DNA of 64,000 nucleotides from Yuukianura sp. NJ FZ-2021. Lineage: Eukaryota. Under the pieces are notes generated by a model. The model had not been told where the DNA came from and did no database searches. It was given only the letters and a program-made list of their open reading frames with translations. Made by a program: the position numbers and the translations under genes. The stretch is from assembly GCA_046563655.1 (NCBI GenBank), contig CM102285.1, positions 868,001 to 932,000 of the forward strand. The letters run 5' to 3'. Positions 1-12,670 of the stretch are shown here, piece after piece; within the stretch, counting starts at the first letter, position 1; each line of letters begins with the position of its first letter.

Positions 1-620
1 CGAAGATTTGAAATTCCTCTTGAAAGATAAGTTAGGTTTTATTTTAGAAGTTTTATTTTAGTTTCAATAATAAAATTAATATAATATAATATTTTTTTCT
101 GTAAAATGGTAAACCTTCATAATTTGGAGTGGGACAAATTTAAAATTAAACTTGTCATTGACATTAAAATAATCTTTTGGAGTATACACACAAAGCAGGT
201 AAAAATATTCAAAAACGTAAATGTTGAAAATACACGATTGTTTGTATAGTCAGAACGGAATGTCTTATGATGATTTGTGTATACATCGGTAGAGATACAT
301 CTCCCGCCTTGGAAATGATAGATTTCAGTTGGGATAGCGACACAGTTCATAGAATATTCGTAGTGTATGAAATATACAAACCTTGGCCTTGTGTGGGCGT
401 GGTGACCGTTTTTAATTAGCAACTTGAAGTATTTGTACATTTTGCTCCAGCGGAGCCTGTTCCTTTGGTGCTCTTGACAGCTGAAAACATATGTACCGTA
501 AAACGGGGTAATAAGGGACGCTTTTTGGTTATAGACTTCAATTTTGATCGGAAGAATATTTTTTCTTAAAAAAATTTTTGAGCAGATTTATGTCCATCAG
601 TATGACCTATTTTTCAGTAG

Positions 621-1719
621 CAGGCCATTTTCGATTACACAAAAAAAGTAATCGATTACAGATTACTTGATTACATCTGAAATTCTGTAATCGATTACTG
701 TCTTCGAATACGATTACTTAAGGCTGTAATCGTATTCGAAAATTAGTAATCTGTAATCTGTAATCGTAATCTAACAGTTAATTCGATTACATTTTTCGAT
801 TACAACCAAACTCAAAAGTTGAACAAATTTTCCTTATTTCCTAAGCCAAAAGTTGAATTTTGTTAATTTTGTACTCTTACACTATTTTATTGAGCTTTTG
901 GATCTGATATTGTCGGCACAAACTTGTCTGTCTGGCTCTCTTATTATGATAGGCCGGATAAGAAAGATCCAAAAAACGCTGTTTTAAGATCTTAAAAATT
1001 TCTTAAAAATGGTCCAAAAAAGCTCTAAAAAAGTTCTCATAAAAGTCAAAATAAGCCCTATTTAACCACTTTTGGTAAATGAAGTAAGCTCAAAAAGAGT
1101 ACTTAAATCAGCCGTCATTTAGTAAGTTTAGGTAAGGATTAACGACCGTCATTGTAGCCGTATAGTGTAGTCACTTCAGCCGTATTTTGTGGCTACAATG
1201 GACGGCCACACTTCAGTGGCAAGTTTTGGGTGCTAAATAATAAGCTAAACACACATATATTAAAGGAAAACTTTGATTTTTGTTGCGAAAATGGGGGTTT
1301 TCATTGAATTTAGCAAGAAAAAGTTCCCAAAAAGTTCCAAAAAATTTTTATAGCAAAAAAAGAATTTATAAGATTTTAAAGTTTTTAAAAGTTTTTAAAG
1401 ACGGGAAAGTTCTAAAAAAGATCTATCTTTCTTATCCGGCCTCTGCTTATTACATGGAATGTACCAAGGAATGGACATGAGGGGTTTTTCATGGAGCAAT
1501 ATCCAGGGTTGGGCTTATTTTGGAAAAAATGCCAGTAATCGAAATATTTTGATGAAGAGTTCGATTACGATTACCATTACTCAGTCGAAAATTTTGTAAT
1601 CGATTACACTGTCGATTACGATTACAGTACCCCTTTCGATTACAGATTACAGATTAGTAATCTGTAATCGTATTCTGTGTAATCGTGTAATCGAACCCCC
1701 TGTAATCGAAAATGGCCTG
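621..1719. mobile_element. hAT-type MITE nested in the 496-2548 element
   Basis: TIR CAGGCCATTTTCGATTACA / TGTAATCGAAAATGGCCTG. Exact 8-bp TSD TTCAGTAG (613-620 and 1720-1727). Many subterminal GTAATCGATTAC motifs. Confidence 0.9.
948..1445. mobile_element. Second hAT-like MITE nested inside 621-1719
   Basis: Inverted repeat AGGCCGGATAAGAAAGAT (951) / ATCTTTCTTATCCGGCCT (ends 1442). Near-identical 8-bp flanks CTTATTAT (940-947) and CTTATTAC (1446-1453). Confidence 0.7.
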
Positions 1720-4000
1720 TTCAGTAGTATGACGCGTAACTTCCGGTTAACTATACCAAAGTTATTATTTTTAAACCAGTGTGTCCCTTATTACCCCAAG
1801 GTGGGGTTATAAGGGACACCACCTTTTCTTGGATTGATGTTCCGTTTTAGCAGTTCTATGGGGTTAAAAGGGACACCGAATAAATTTTTAAAAAATTATA
1901 GATTGTTTTAACAATAAGTTTAGTTAAAAAAATCAATGGATTTCGTCACAAAACGGTAAAGTTTACCTTAAATTCTGAAATTCGCCTCTGAGTTAGAAAA
2001 GAACACCGTTCTTCGACTTTAATCGAAGATGGAGGCCAAACTTGTTTTAATATTTTGTCAACGTCGTCGCGACTCTTCCAAAACACTAATTAGCCCAGTA
2101 ATCCTCCGGAAGGTTGTCTTCTATCTGCTTAAAACTCGTGTCCCTTATAACCCCGTAACTCGAAAATTTTTGAAAAAAAAATCACTACCGAGTTTGTCTC
2201 ATGTCGTAAAATTTTGGTTGTACATCTAGACGATTCGTAACTGTTCATATGACTAATCATGGGTGCTACCTCGTCTCTATGTTGAATTGATTAGTAGACA
2301 CAGACCAAAGTTTGACCAACATTATTCTGGTAGTTAAATTTGTAAAAGCGTAAACGCCATACTTAGGCTAGTGTCGCTGTTATTATCCAGCAACAAAATC
2401 AACATCCGAATACTAAGGTCGCTAGTCTATCGAACCATACTTGTTTCAAACTAAAATAGGCAATGGTATCTCTACCACAGTGGTGGTTTTAGACTTCTGG
2501 TTTTGTGTCCCTTATTACCCCGCCGTCCCTTATTACCCCGTTTTACGGTATCTCTTTCATCGTTGAATATACGTTTACAAAAGTTATAAAAAAAGTTAAA
2601 GCACAGTGTTTCATCATGAACTTTAATTAAGATTACGTCGTTTGGGATATGAGGTCCGCAAGGAATTTTTGGATTTGCACATATAGAGCTGTCTGTTAAG
2701 TCGTATATATCCATGAAAGCCGAAAAATACTTGTGCTCATAGCTTTCAATAAGCGTTTCAATTTGCCCGATAAACTCTTCTTCTTCAATGCTACCTGAAA
2801 TCAGCGACCTAAAATTCTCTCTGAATTGATTCTCTGTTTGAATAATTGCTTGAACAGTTGCTGGCTTAAAACGATGGTCAGTGTTCATAGTCTCGTTCAG
2901 ATATTCATGTAGCAATTGCTTCGAAACATGTATATATTCAAAGAGTTGGGCTGCACGCTTGAGCAAAAGTGTCGGCAACATCGGAACTTTATAGGTTTTG
3001 ATTTTCTCACCATAATGACGTTTGAAAAACGTTAAAGGAATAAGGGCATACATAATTGGTTTTTCGTGTTCCGCTGTACATTGTAGGGCCTGGAATTGTA
3101 CATGTGCTTAGAGAGTACGGCAAGCTCCGCTATAATTCTGTGGAACCCCGATTGCCGAGCTGAGATCACTCTCGAAGCTTAGTGATACCTTACGAGCTAT
3201 TTCAGGGTCACAAGGTTTCAGCCCAGTCCATTTGTAGCTTCCCGCTTCCGCAGCAAGACGAAGCAAGAAATATTTCAAATTTTGCTCCATGGCAGTTGTA
3301 CGTTGCTCTTCCTCATTTCGGCATTTAGCAGTTACGAAATGATTTGCTCCCCATTTTATTTCTGCTACGAAATGAGTTGCCTCACATTCTTCAAGAGCCT
3401 TAAACAGAATGGTTTTGTAAAAAGCTTTATCGTCGAAGTTGGCTTTTTCATGTTTAGTGATGACTTGTGAGATCATAGAACAAGTGATGTCCAGCGCGTG
3501 AGACTCTGGATTTTGCAAATATTTTCCTGACCCTTCCAGTTGAACTGTTCCGCTAAGAATATGCAAGCTTAAGTCATCATTTACGCCCAATTGGTACAAA
3601 CGGTCTGAAATTTTGCTTGACCGGACAATATCTTCAGAGGCTGTTCGCTCGTAGGAAACAGTACGTACTCCATCTAGTAAATGATCTTCCGTAAAAATAG
3701 TTTTGTCTTTGAAGGTATGCTGGCGACAGTCGTATAAATCTCCCAATCTAGCAACCGCTCCAAGTGCAGGGCGTGTGAGTATTTCTGATTCCATCTTCAA
3801 CAATGCTAGTAAAAAAAAAACACTCTGTACTGTATATGTTAGTCAAATGATGCAAATTATTGATTCTAAATTTTGCCTTACCCTTGTTTTTGTGCTGTGT
3901 GGTTGTTTCTGCTTTTATTTCTGATCGATTGGAGTTGTTTTGGTAGTTTCAGAGAAAGAGGACAAATGAAATGCAAAGTGCATACTCTATATAACACAAT

Positions 4001-4607
4001 CGTATCAGGCCATTACCGACAATCCAACAGCCGACAATGCAAAAGCCGACATTACAAACGGCGACAATATTGAAAACCCAGTATTCTAAACGCCGACGTC
4101 ATTAACCGACAACGGTTAAAGCCGACAAAACTAAATACCGGCTATACTATAATAAGAACAGGATATTTTACGTGCATTATGTAAGGTTCGTAAACAAAAT
4201 CAAAACTTTTTGTACTCCAATAACTCGGGTTTTCCATTATTTTGACAAAATTTTGAAACATGAAGCCGGTTGAGCTACGCGTCCATTTCTGTTGACAATT
4301 TTTCACTTTTTACCAGCTTTCTTTTTATTCATATGCAACCTAAATTGTTTAATGTTGGAGAAAAAAATTAGAGAAAAGAAATAAACAAAATTGGTGCTAC
4401 TTTGGTGCTACAAGTTGTTTGAGGCATGATTTTTGCAAACTCAGGTTTATTGGATTATCTGTTGCTGGAATTACAATTATTGTGACCTAGGTTAGGTTAA
4501 TTTGAATTACCACGAAGCTATTTGATGCGATAAAAGCAAAACTAGTTTTTAATTTTGTTGGATTTAGGGTTGGCGGCTTTTGGATTGTCGGCTATGTCCT
4601 GTAACCC
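4001..4607. mobile_element. Foldback-like non-autonomous DNA element with ~15-bp subterminal repeats
   Basis: Left arm has tandem AAAGCCGACAA-type units. Right end TTGGCGGCTTTTGGATTGTCGGCTATGTCCTG is an imperfect inverted copy. Internal TAGGTTAGGTT. Confidence 0.55.
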
Positions 4608-4847
4608 ACTATGATTTTACTTAATTACTTCATAGGCACTAGACTTATCAAACAACCAGAAACTCATCATGAGTCATAGAACTTTTGTGGCAGTGACTAA
4701 TGCAGAAGCTCTGTTGGGCATGACGTTACTATGCAATAAGCCACTTTCTTCTTTTTCGTCTTCCAAAGGCACGTAGATGTCGGGATTGCAGTAAATAAAA
4801 AGTAGAAGAGAATATTTGTATATTTCCATTTTCCTCTTATTTTTTTA

Positions 4848-5352
4848 TTATGCTGTTCGCTGCTTTTTCACTTGGGAAATCATATTCTCGTTGTAAAACA
4901 TACAATTCCGTCGCTCATTTTCATTTTCATTGTGTGGGTTCCGAGGTCCCATTGCATGTGGAAAATGAAAATTCTGTCTGTCTGTCTGTTTACCCCCAAT
5001 TGTCTCGAAAACCGCTAAACTTTTCCGGAATCTGTTTTTACTACTGAATAATGTGTGTCCAGGTGAAGTTCACTATTGAATATCATCTCCATGAGTCAAC
5101 TCCTTCCAGGCCAAAGGTCAAGGTCAACCCGTTTCATCCTTGGTAACATCAAAAAATGAAGTATTCAAACGTTGTTCTACTCATCGAGGTGTAACAAATT
5201 TTGCGTATATCACGTGACCCTACGTGACTTCCTTCCGGGGTCAAAAGTCAATTTTTTCGTTTTGCCGTTAATAACTATAGTTGCTTATTGTCCACCAGTA
5301 TACGCCGGTGAACGTCCGTTTGTGAAAGCAGCGCCATCTTTCGCTACTTTTG
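4848..5352 (+). mobile_element. Helentron/DINE-1-like (HINE) non-autonomous element
   Basis: Short inverted CGCTGCTTT...AAAGCAGCG, (CTGT)n microsatellite, AAGGTCAAGGTCAA motifs. The 3' end AGCAGCG...CTTTCGCTACTT is shared with the element near 39045-39330. Confidence 0.5.
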
Positions 5353-5594
5353 TACACCCCGTTTTACGACCTACTTATTTTATTCCCACAGGGAAGCTTA
5401 AGTTCAAACGGAACAAAAGTAATCTCTTTATTTCATAAAACAAATAACAATTTTGAAAATTTCGCCGTACCACAAACTGTACCTAAAGAAAGTTTGTGAG
5501 ATTTTTTTTTCAAATGTACACCCAGAGGTTTACCAACAGTTGTAGGTTAGAGGGACAAAAACCTACACATAAACTAAAGACAATTAAAACAGAA

Positions 5595-8206
5595 ATGGCG
5601 GCAAAATTTGTACTTTTACTAAATTTAGTGGCTTCAGCGACCAACGCAATTCGAGCTAAGATTATTGATTTCAACCCATACTTGGCCCCGTTTGACCCCG
5701 AATGTCACTCTGTCGTTGTTTTACTAAACTCAAAGGTCATTGACCTTGCACCGTTGACCTCTCCGGTGGAACTGCTCACACCAGAATGCCTCAAACCAAC
5801 AACAATCCCTGAAGATTGTCCAGTAACAAATACGACAATCCAGAATCTCATAAATCAGAGAATTGGTTTCCTCTGGCGGATTCTGACAAAGCGTACTTGT
5901 CTTGCGTTGTTTCTAAACTACGAATCAGGTCTACATAGACTCTACTGGCAGCGGTTGTTGATGTACTTGCATAACTTCTGGAGTTTTCTCAACCTAAGTT
6001 CATTAACACCTACTGACTCAAACACAAGAAGACAAATTCTGGATGCGGCAGATTCAAAATATTTAGTAACTTTTAGTGGCTCGGCTTATTTGAACGTAGT
6101 CGGAAGTTCCCGGAAGTCTGGTCAGTTTCCAGAAAAATTTTATACGCATGCGTACACCAGGGTTTGCTACGTAGCCTGCCCAGGAATCAGAACCTTCTGC
6201 GCATCCCTGTTCACGCAGGTTTTTTTCCACGACGTTGACATTCCACATCAAATGAAAAGCGTCTCGTGCATTTTCGTATTAGACCAAGAAAATCCGTTAC
6301 TGTCTTCTGGCCAATGGGAAAAAGCTTTGTCTGTTACAAACAAGCCGATTGGTTCTTTAACACTTCAAAAATTGGCGGGAATTTCTTCCGCCGGTAGAAA
6401 AAAGTGCGGAAATTTGAAATTTCATGTCTTCAGTACTGCAGCGTTTTACCGCAACAACAAATTCAAACTGGCTGAAACCAAAAATGAGGTTGAAGTGATT
6501 GGCGACATCGAAAAAACGGGCGCTGAAATAGAAGAAACCGCTGAACTGCGCATGCTCATGATTGGAAAACTTTTATTTAGCGATATTTCAAACATAACGG
6601 TAAACATATTTCACTTTAGGTATACCAAAACCGAAAGATACAATTTGCAACACACTAAGATTGCCGCGCGTTACTATAAACAAAAAATATTTTCAACGTA
6701 CATCAGAATTCAAGGTCATGCGTATCAGTCGTATGGGTCAACACAACATTACGTTCCAACGGAATTTGTTGGCTACACTTTCGTAGCATGCGACTACGCA
6801 GTTCATGGTTTATCATTTGATTCTTACACTAAGCCGTTTGACCCCAAAGTTTGGATTGCTCTGACTTTGACCTTGACCTTAGTCATCCCGCTCTCATTTT
6901 ACTTTTTACTCAAAAGAGACATCCAACTACCGTTCTTCATCTACGCATACATTATGGAACAAGGTCCAAGTCTACGTGCAGCCACTCAGGATCTGCGCAT
7001 GTTCAAACTCCTCATCATGTCACTGTCAATCATCACGATTATTCTGGGCAATGGCTACAGGAGTGTCGTCACAACGGAACTTTTGGCGCCAAAACTCGTT
7101 TCGCGCTTGGAGACTTTTGATGACATTCGAGGTTCGATTGGGAAAGCGTACAAAATTTACTTATACTACAATGTTGTAAATTCGTATCTCAGCGCCTGTT
7201 TCGAAGCAATCAATCCAGTAAAGTGCTTTGTATCAAACTCTATGATTGGCCAAGATCAACCGCACATGAGGCTTGCTATGTCTGACGAGTTTTTAGCGAC
7301 GAAGCTGAACAAAACTCTCGGCGCAGACGCATTTAAGGATGAGTCGGTGAAAAAGTTGTATTGGGCATACTGGGGCGAATGGGTTCCTGAAATGAGACGA
7401 CTTTGGAACAAAAGCATATGTGAAAAGTACGTTTACTTTAATACAGGTACGCACAAGCTGACACAATACACATAGATATAATAAAATAGTAATATATAAT
7501 ACAAAACTAATAATACTATTATATAGTATAATATTAATACTCTAATTCATCACATTAATTAACCAACGTAACTATACCAAATATGAGATGTGTAGTGTAA
7601 ATTTGTCAAACTTAAAAAAAAATTACCAACGTACTTTAGACAAACATTAGCCAACACTTGATAATATATCCCAACTATAGCATTGCATTACTAACAACAT
7701 AGAACAAGCTAGCCTAATAACTCATTTCTTGTTTTTAACATGCAGAGGAAGACGGAAAAAGGCGAATACTTGAATTTCGTGCGGAAGAGAAACAAAAAGG
7801 CGGGAATTCTGAACTTGAATTTTACCTGGGAAAGGAGAAGATATTCCCACTTAATCAAGGAATTTACATTGAAAATTTACACTTCCTCGGAGAACCAGGA
7901 TTCAGAAGACTCAGAGGAACTTTACAGTCTGGAATTTTGGAATATTTGAATTCTCGCTTTAGGCGGGAAAATGAGCGGGTTTTGGCTGTCAGGTTGAATC
8001 AAACACGCCACTCTTCAAAACCAAAAAAGCTTGGAATGAACATCAACATTCAAACTCTATTTGTCTCAAATTTCGCTTTGCTAGCAGGGGCCGTTTCGTT
8101 CTTTTTGTTCGAAATTCGCTCATACCTTGTCGCAAGATTTAAAAAATTACTTTATTGGTTACGTAATTTAGAAGTGCACGAATATTTGAGAAAAATGTTC
8201 TATTAA
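5595..8206 (+). CDS. Divergent ionotropic receptor (variant iGluR chemoreceptor) copy 1; exons 5595-7446, 7746-8206
   Basis: Signal peptide, long ectodomain, YTKPFDPKVW-TM1, pore remnant IMEQG, TM2 ending NGYRSVVTTEL (SYTANLAAF-equivalent), QSGILEY, C-terminal TM ending FEI. A phase-1 GT-AG intron restores the frame (NT-E-EDGKRR). Confidence 0.85.
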
Positions 8207-9050
8207 AGTTAAAACTGGAGAGTAAGTACTCTTCAATTTTTGCACTACTGAGAGTATGAATTTGAAATGACACTATTTTAAGTAGTAGGTATTCAAAAAT
8301 TTGTGCAAGGCTTATTTTCTTAAGTATTTTTAGCTATAAGAAACATACATTTTTAGTGTAACAACATCTCAAATTGTAACTCTTTTTTTTCTAGGCGTAA
8401 AACCGCAAACCAAAATGTTTAGAAGGCTCCGAAAAAAACCTTACTTACTAATTCATCATTTAAATTACTATTAAAAATTTGTATTAGAATCGTGTTGTTG
8501 GACACGATAGCCTGGAATTGTGCTAAAACGGCTCCATTGCATGTTGAAAGTGTTCGAACTTATGTGTCGTACGCAACAACTAATTCAAAAAAAACTATGA
8601 GTTTTCATCACAATAAATATATTTTATCAATATTATTACGTTGACAAATTATACAAAACAAAAAGCTTCTTGTTAAATTTACAACGCTATGAACACATCT
8701 ACTTTCATAACTTCTTCAGCGTTCTATTGAAGAGATTCTCAAGGTTTGTTGATTCTTTAGCAGGTTGGGTACTACCTCATGTTTTTTCGATTTTGCAAAA
8801 AAAATTTCCATTTTCATTTCACGGCCTCGTAGTCATAACAACAAAGCAACTTTTTTTTAACTTTGCTTACGAATTGGTACCAATTTTTTTGTTTTGTTTT
8901 TTTTGTCAAGAAGCGACTTAGTACCCAACCTGTTAACGGAAAACAAAACAACAACTTTTCGTTTTCAAGAAACCGTGGACATATTCGTCAGTGGTGGACC
9001 TTACTTTTCACCTTACTTTACGTTACTTCGGAAAATTTTATATTTCAAAA

Positions 9051-12000
9051 ATGATGTCAAAATTATTATTTTTCGCAAATTTGTTAGCATTTACGTGTAG
9101 CCTTGAAACTGTCACTGTCGACTACAACCAATACCTTGCTCCATACGAGGCCAACTGTCACTCAGTTGTTATTGTAATGACATTTGACTATGTTGACCTC
9201 GTACCATTGACCTCTCCAGTGCAACTAATGACATTAGGCTACATTGGAACTTTCTTTTCTTACGCATGCCCAATAACAAGTTCCTCAACTCAGGATCTGA
9301 TTAATCAGCGGATTGGGTATCTCTGGCAAACGTTGACAAAACGTTCTTGTCTTGCAGTATTTGTCAACTACCAATCACAAATGCATGACTACTACTGGAA
9401 AATATTGATGTACCATTTACATTACTTCTGGAGTGTATTCAACTTAAATTCATATCTATTTGAACTTACAGATGAGTCGATTGAAAAAATCACAATGTAC
9501 CCCGGTTCAAAATATTCTATCACCTTTTCAAAATTTGCATACTTGAATGTAGTCGGCAGTTCTCGGGTTTCTGGTAAATTTCAACAGAGTTTCTACGTAC
9601 ATGCATATAGGAGGTATTGCCTATCAAGCTGCGTAGAATGGATGAGGCTGTGTCCACCCGCCTTTACGCAAGTTTTTTTCCATGATGTTGATATACCAAA
9701 TCAATTCACAAGTGCATCATGTATGTTTATAGGCCAGGTTGACTTTGGGCTAACGCCAAGCCAATGGGAACAAGCTTTGGCTGTTACCAAGAAACCAATA
9801 GGAGCATTTTCACTCCAAGAATTGGCGCAAATTTCACTCGGCAATAGAGCGAATTGCGGAAATTTCAAATTCCAGATTGTTAGCTTCGCACCGGTAGGCG
9901 CCAAACTCAATTTCTTTTTGAGTGAAGCCAAGCACGAAGTGAACATGATTGGCGACATAGGAGAGAGTGGAACTGACGCAGAAAAAACGTCGGAGCTACA
10001 CAATCTCATGTTAGGAAAATTGTTGTTTGGCGCCATTCCAAATATAACGCTAAACATGTTTCACTTTGGTTTTGACTTGTACTTTGGAAACGCCTACTTG
10101 CGAGATAAATACTTCACCGCTTGCTTCAAAATCGAAACTCAAATACCTCAATCGTATGGGTCAACTCAATATTACGTTGCCACGGAGACGGTGGCATACA
10201 CTTTTTTAGCATGTCATCTAGCAATATATGGCAGGTCATTTGAGTCATACGTTAAGCCTCTTGACCCCGAAGTTTGGATTGCCCTGACCTTGACCTTGAC
10301 CTTGGCCATCCCACTCTCATTTTACTTTTTACTTAAAAGAGACATCAGAGTACCGTTCTTCATCTATGCATACATTATGGAACAGGGTCCGAACCTAAGA
10401 GCAGCCACTCAGGATCTGCGCATGTTCAAACTCCTCATCATGTCACTGTCAATCATCACGATCATTCTGGGCAATGGCTACAGGAGTGTCGTCACAACGG
10501 AACTTTTGGCGCCAAAACTTTTTTCGCGCCTGGAGACATTTGACGATATCAAAAGCTCAGGAGAGAAAAGATATAAAATTTATATCGCCAACACAGATGA
10601 TAACGCCTACCATAGCTTCTGTTTTGACGCCACTAATAGCACAATGTGTATTTTGAATCAACTCGGTACTGCTCAAGACCAACCTCAAACAAGACTCATG
10701 GCGCATGACCAATTTTTGGTACAACTTGGTCGTAACTCCACAAAAAACTCGACAAACTGGTTCCTTTGGGAAATAGAACGGCTGTCAATGGTAGGACTGT
10801 CGGAATTCCGATGGACAAAAGAAAAATGCGAAGATAACGTTTACTTTAACACAGGTAACCAACTAACATATTATGTACATATCTCAAACTAATGATATTA
10901 ATATAATACAGATATATATGTATATCTGTATATCGGTATTGATATAACATTTGTTACATCGGAATTGTGAGGTCCATCTAAAAAAGTACGCCCAAAATCA
11001 GTAATTTGTTTAATTTTGAAACTATGGAGGGAAAACGAGCGGAATATCGCGATTTGTAAAAATTCCATCATAGCAGTTTAGCTAAAGTTTCAAATTTTGA
11101 GTTAACTTTCCCCTCGTGTTTACATAAGTTTCAATTAGTCTCTATGGAAACAAAATAGGGGTGTACTCTTTTAGCTGCACCTCACTGTATATATCGGTAT
11201 TGATATAATATATATCGGTATAGCTGTAATAATATTGATATGTGCATAACAGGTACATATCGATTTTATTATTTCCCTACTATGTATAATGATATATAGT
11301 GTCGTTCACGTAAACATATATACCGAAAAAAACTCTAAAGTTTGCCTATTTTCAAAATTGTACGTGGAGGTGTGAACACCAAATCCAAACCAAATAATTT
11401 GCGCAATGCATTTTTTTTGGTACGTTGTGAATTTTCCGGAAAATGTAAATAAGATTGTTTTCTGGATCTGCCCTTCAGAAATGTCTAATTTCGAAAAAGA
11501 AACGCCATGTGGGAACGATTTTGGAGTGCATAGTTTTACGTGAACAATATTGCATACACATACACACATCAACATACACTAACGTGTTGGTTTGAAATGT
11601 AGAGGAAACTGTGAAGAAGCATATCCTCATGTTTCGAGCTCGAGAACAAAATGGCGAGAATCCTGATCTTGAATTTTACATGGCCAAAGAAAAGAAATTT
11701 CAAATCGACAGAGGAATTTACGTTGAAAATTTGCACTACCTCGGTGAATACGGATTCAGAAGAGTTGGCGGAACTTTGCAGTCTGGAATTTTGGAATATT
11801 TGAATTCTCGATTTGAGCGGGAAAAAGAGCGCCTTTTTGCCGCCAGATTAAACCAAACACGTCAATCTACAAAAAAACCAACAAAACTTGGCCTCAACAT
11901 AAACATCCAAACGCTGTTCGTCTCAAATTTGACTTTGCTCACGGCTGCTTGCTTTCTCTTTTTCCTCGAAATTTCGAAATCAAAAGTAGCCTCTATTTTT

Positions 12001-12054
12001 CAAAATTCGTTTCAAAGGTTGAACTTTGGAACAAAGGTCACAAAAATTCATTGA
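9051..12054 (+). CDS. Divergent ionotropic receptor copy 2; exons 9051-10854, 11603-12054
   Basis: Paralogue of copy 1 with the same motifs and the same intron position (ACAG|GTAACC ... TGTAG|AGGAA). Confidence 0.85.
10964..11187. mobile_element. Tc1/mariner-type MITE in the IR2 intron
   Basis: GTGAGGTCCATCTAAAAAAGTACGCCC and the imperfect inverted GGGTGTACTCTTTTAGCTGCACCTCACTG, followed by TA. Confidence 0.6.
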
Positions 12055-12670
12055 AATTTGTATTAAAATTGGTGATTAGATTTGTTTATTAGCAGTTTTA
12101 GGTTTGGTGTTCTTTTGAAATTCCCGCTACGACATGAAACTGTTTATTCATACCGTATATGCAAACAGCAATCGTGCCGACATGCTAGTGTTACATCAAA
12201 AATAAAATAAATAGTTAACCTCTTTAAAAAATTTTGAAGTTTGGAAAATTGTAGTTCTTAAAGGTATCACGAAATGTAAAGTAACTGGCACGACAGTGTT
12301 ATGAATGTACAGAAGTTTATTCAATAAATTACTCCTATCAATTACTACACAGTATAGAAAAATTTTTATACAGAATCATTTGTTTTTGTCAAAACGGTAT
12401 GGAATTTTGTCCAGCAGCTTAAAGCGTATTTGAATTGCTCGGATGTACTTAATTTTCCGCTAAATAATACATAATATAATATAATATCATTTCATTAATT
12501 TAATCAATATCACCTATCACGTTGGAAATTTATACAAAGCAAAAAGGTTCCAGCTTTAAATATACATGAACCTAACTACGCCACATAACTCTTTCCCTAT
12601 TCTACGCTTGAGTTATTCGTCCGTGGTGAATGTTATTTTTCAAATTTTTGAAAAATCCAAAATTTCAAAA

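Larger units (their letters stand above)
496..2548. mobile_element. Non-autonomous pogo/Tc1-mariner-type DNA transposon (TA target-site duplication, TSD)
   Basis: Perfect 25-bp terminal inverted repeats (TIRs): CCGTAAAACGGGGTAATAAGGGACG at 496 and its reverse complement ending at 2548. Flanked by TA at 494-495 and 2549-2550. Internal copies of GTCCCTTATTACCCC; no transposase ORF. Confidence 0.9.
117..3794 (-). pseudogene. Stonustoxin/verrucotoxin-like (MACPF/CDC-type) protein pseudogene, with a premature TAA at 3108-3110 and a transposon insertion at 496-2548
   Basis: N-terminal RPALGAVARLGDLYDCR and ATHFVAEIKWGA resemble the stonustoxin-family motifs ALGRPFxLGMLYDAR and ATHVVxxILYGA. ORFs 3108-3803 and 2472-3053 are in the same frame and separated only by one TAA plus 18 sense codons. 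Removing 496-2548 and one TA joins ...NDERD to TYVFSCQEHQRNRLRWSKMYKYF... (ORF 117-440) in frame. Confidence 0.7.

Noticed and set aside
7746-7810. Apparent frameshift in IR1 exon 2 suggested by the ORF track
   Set aside because: Counting bases shows the spliced frame (EEDGKRRILEFRAEEKQKGGNSELEFY) is continuous to 8206.
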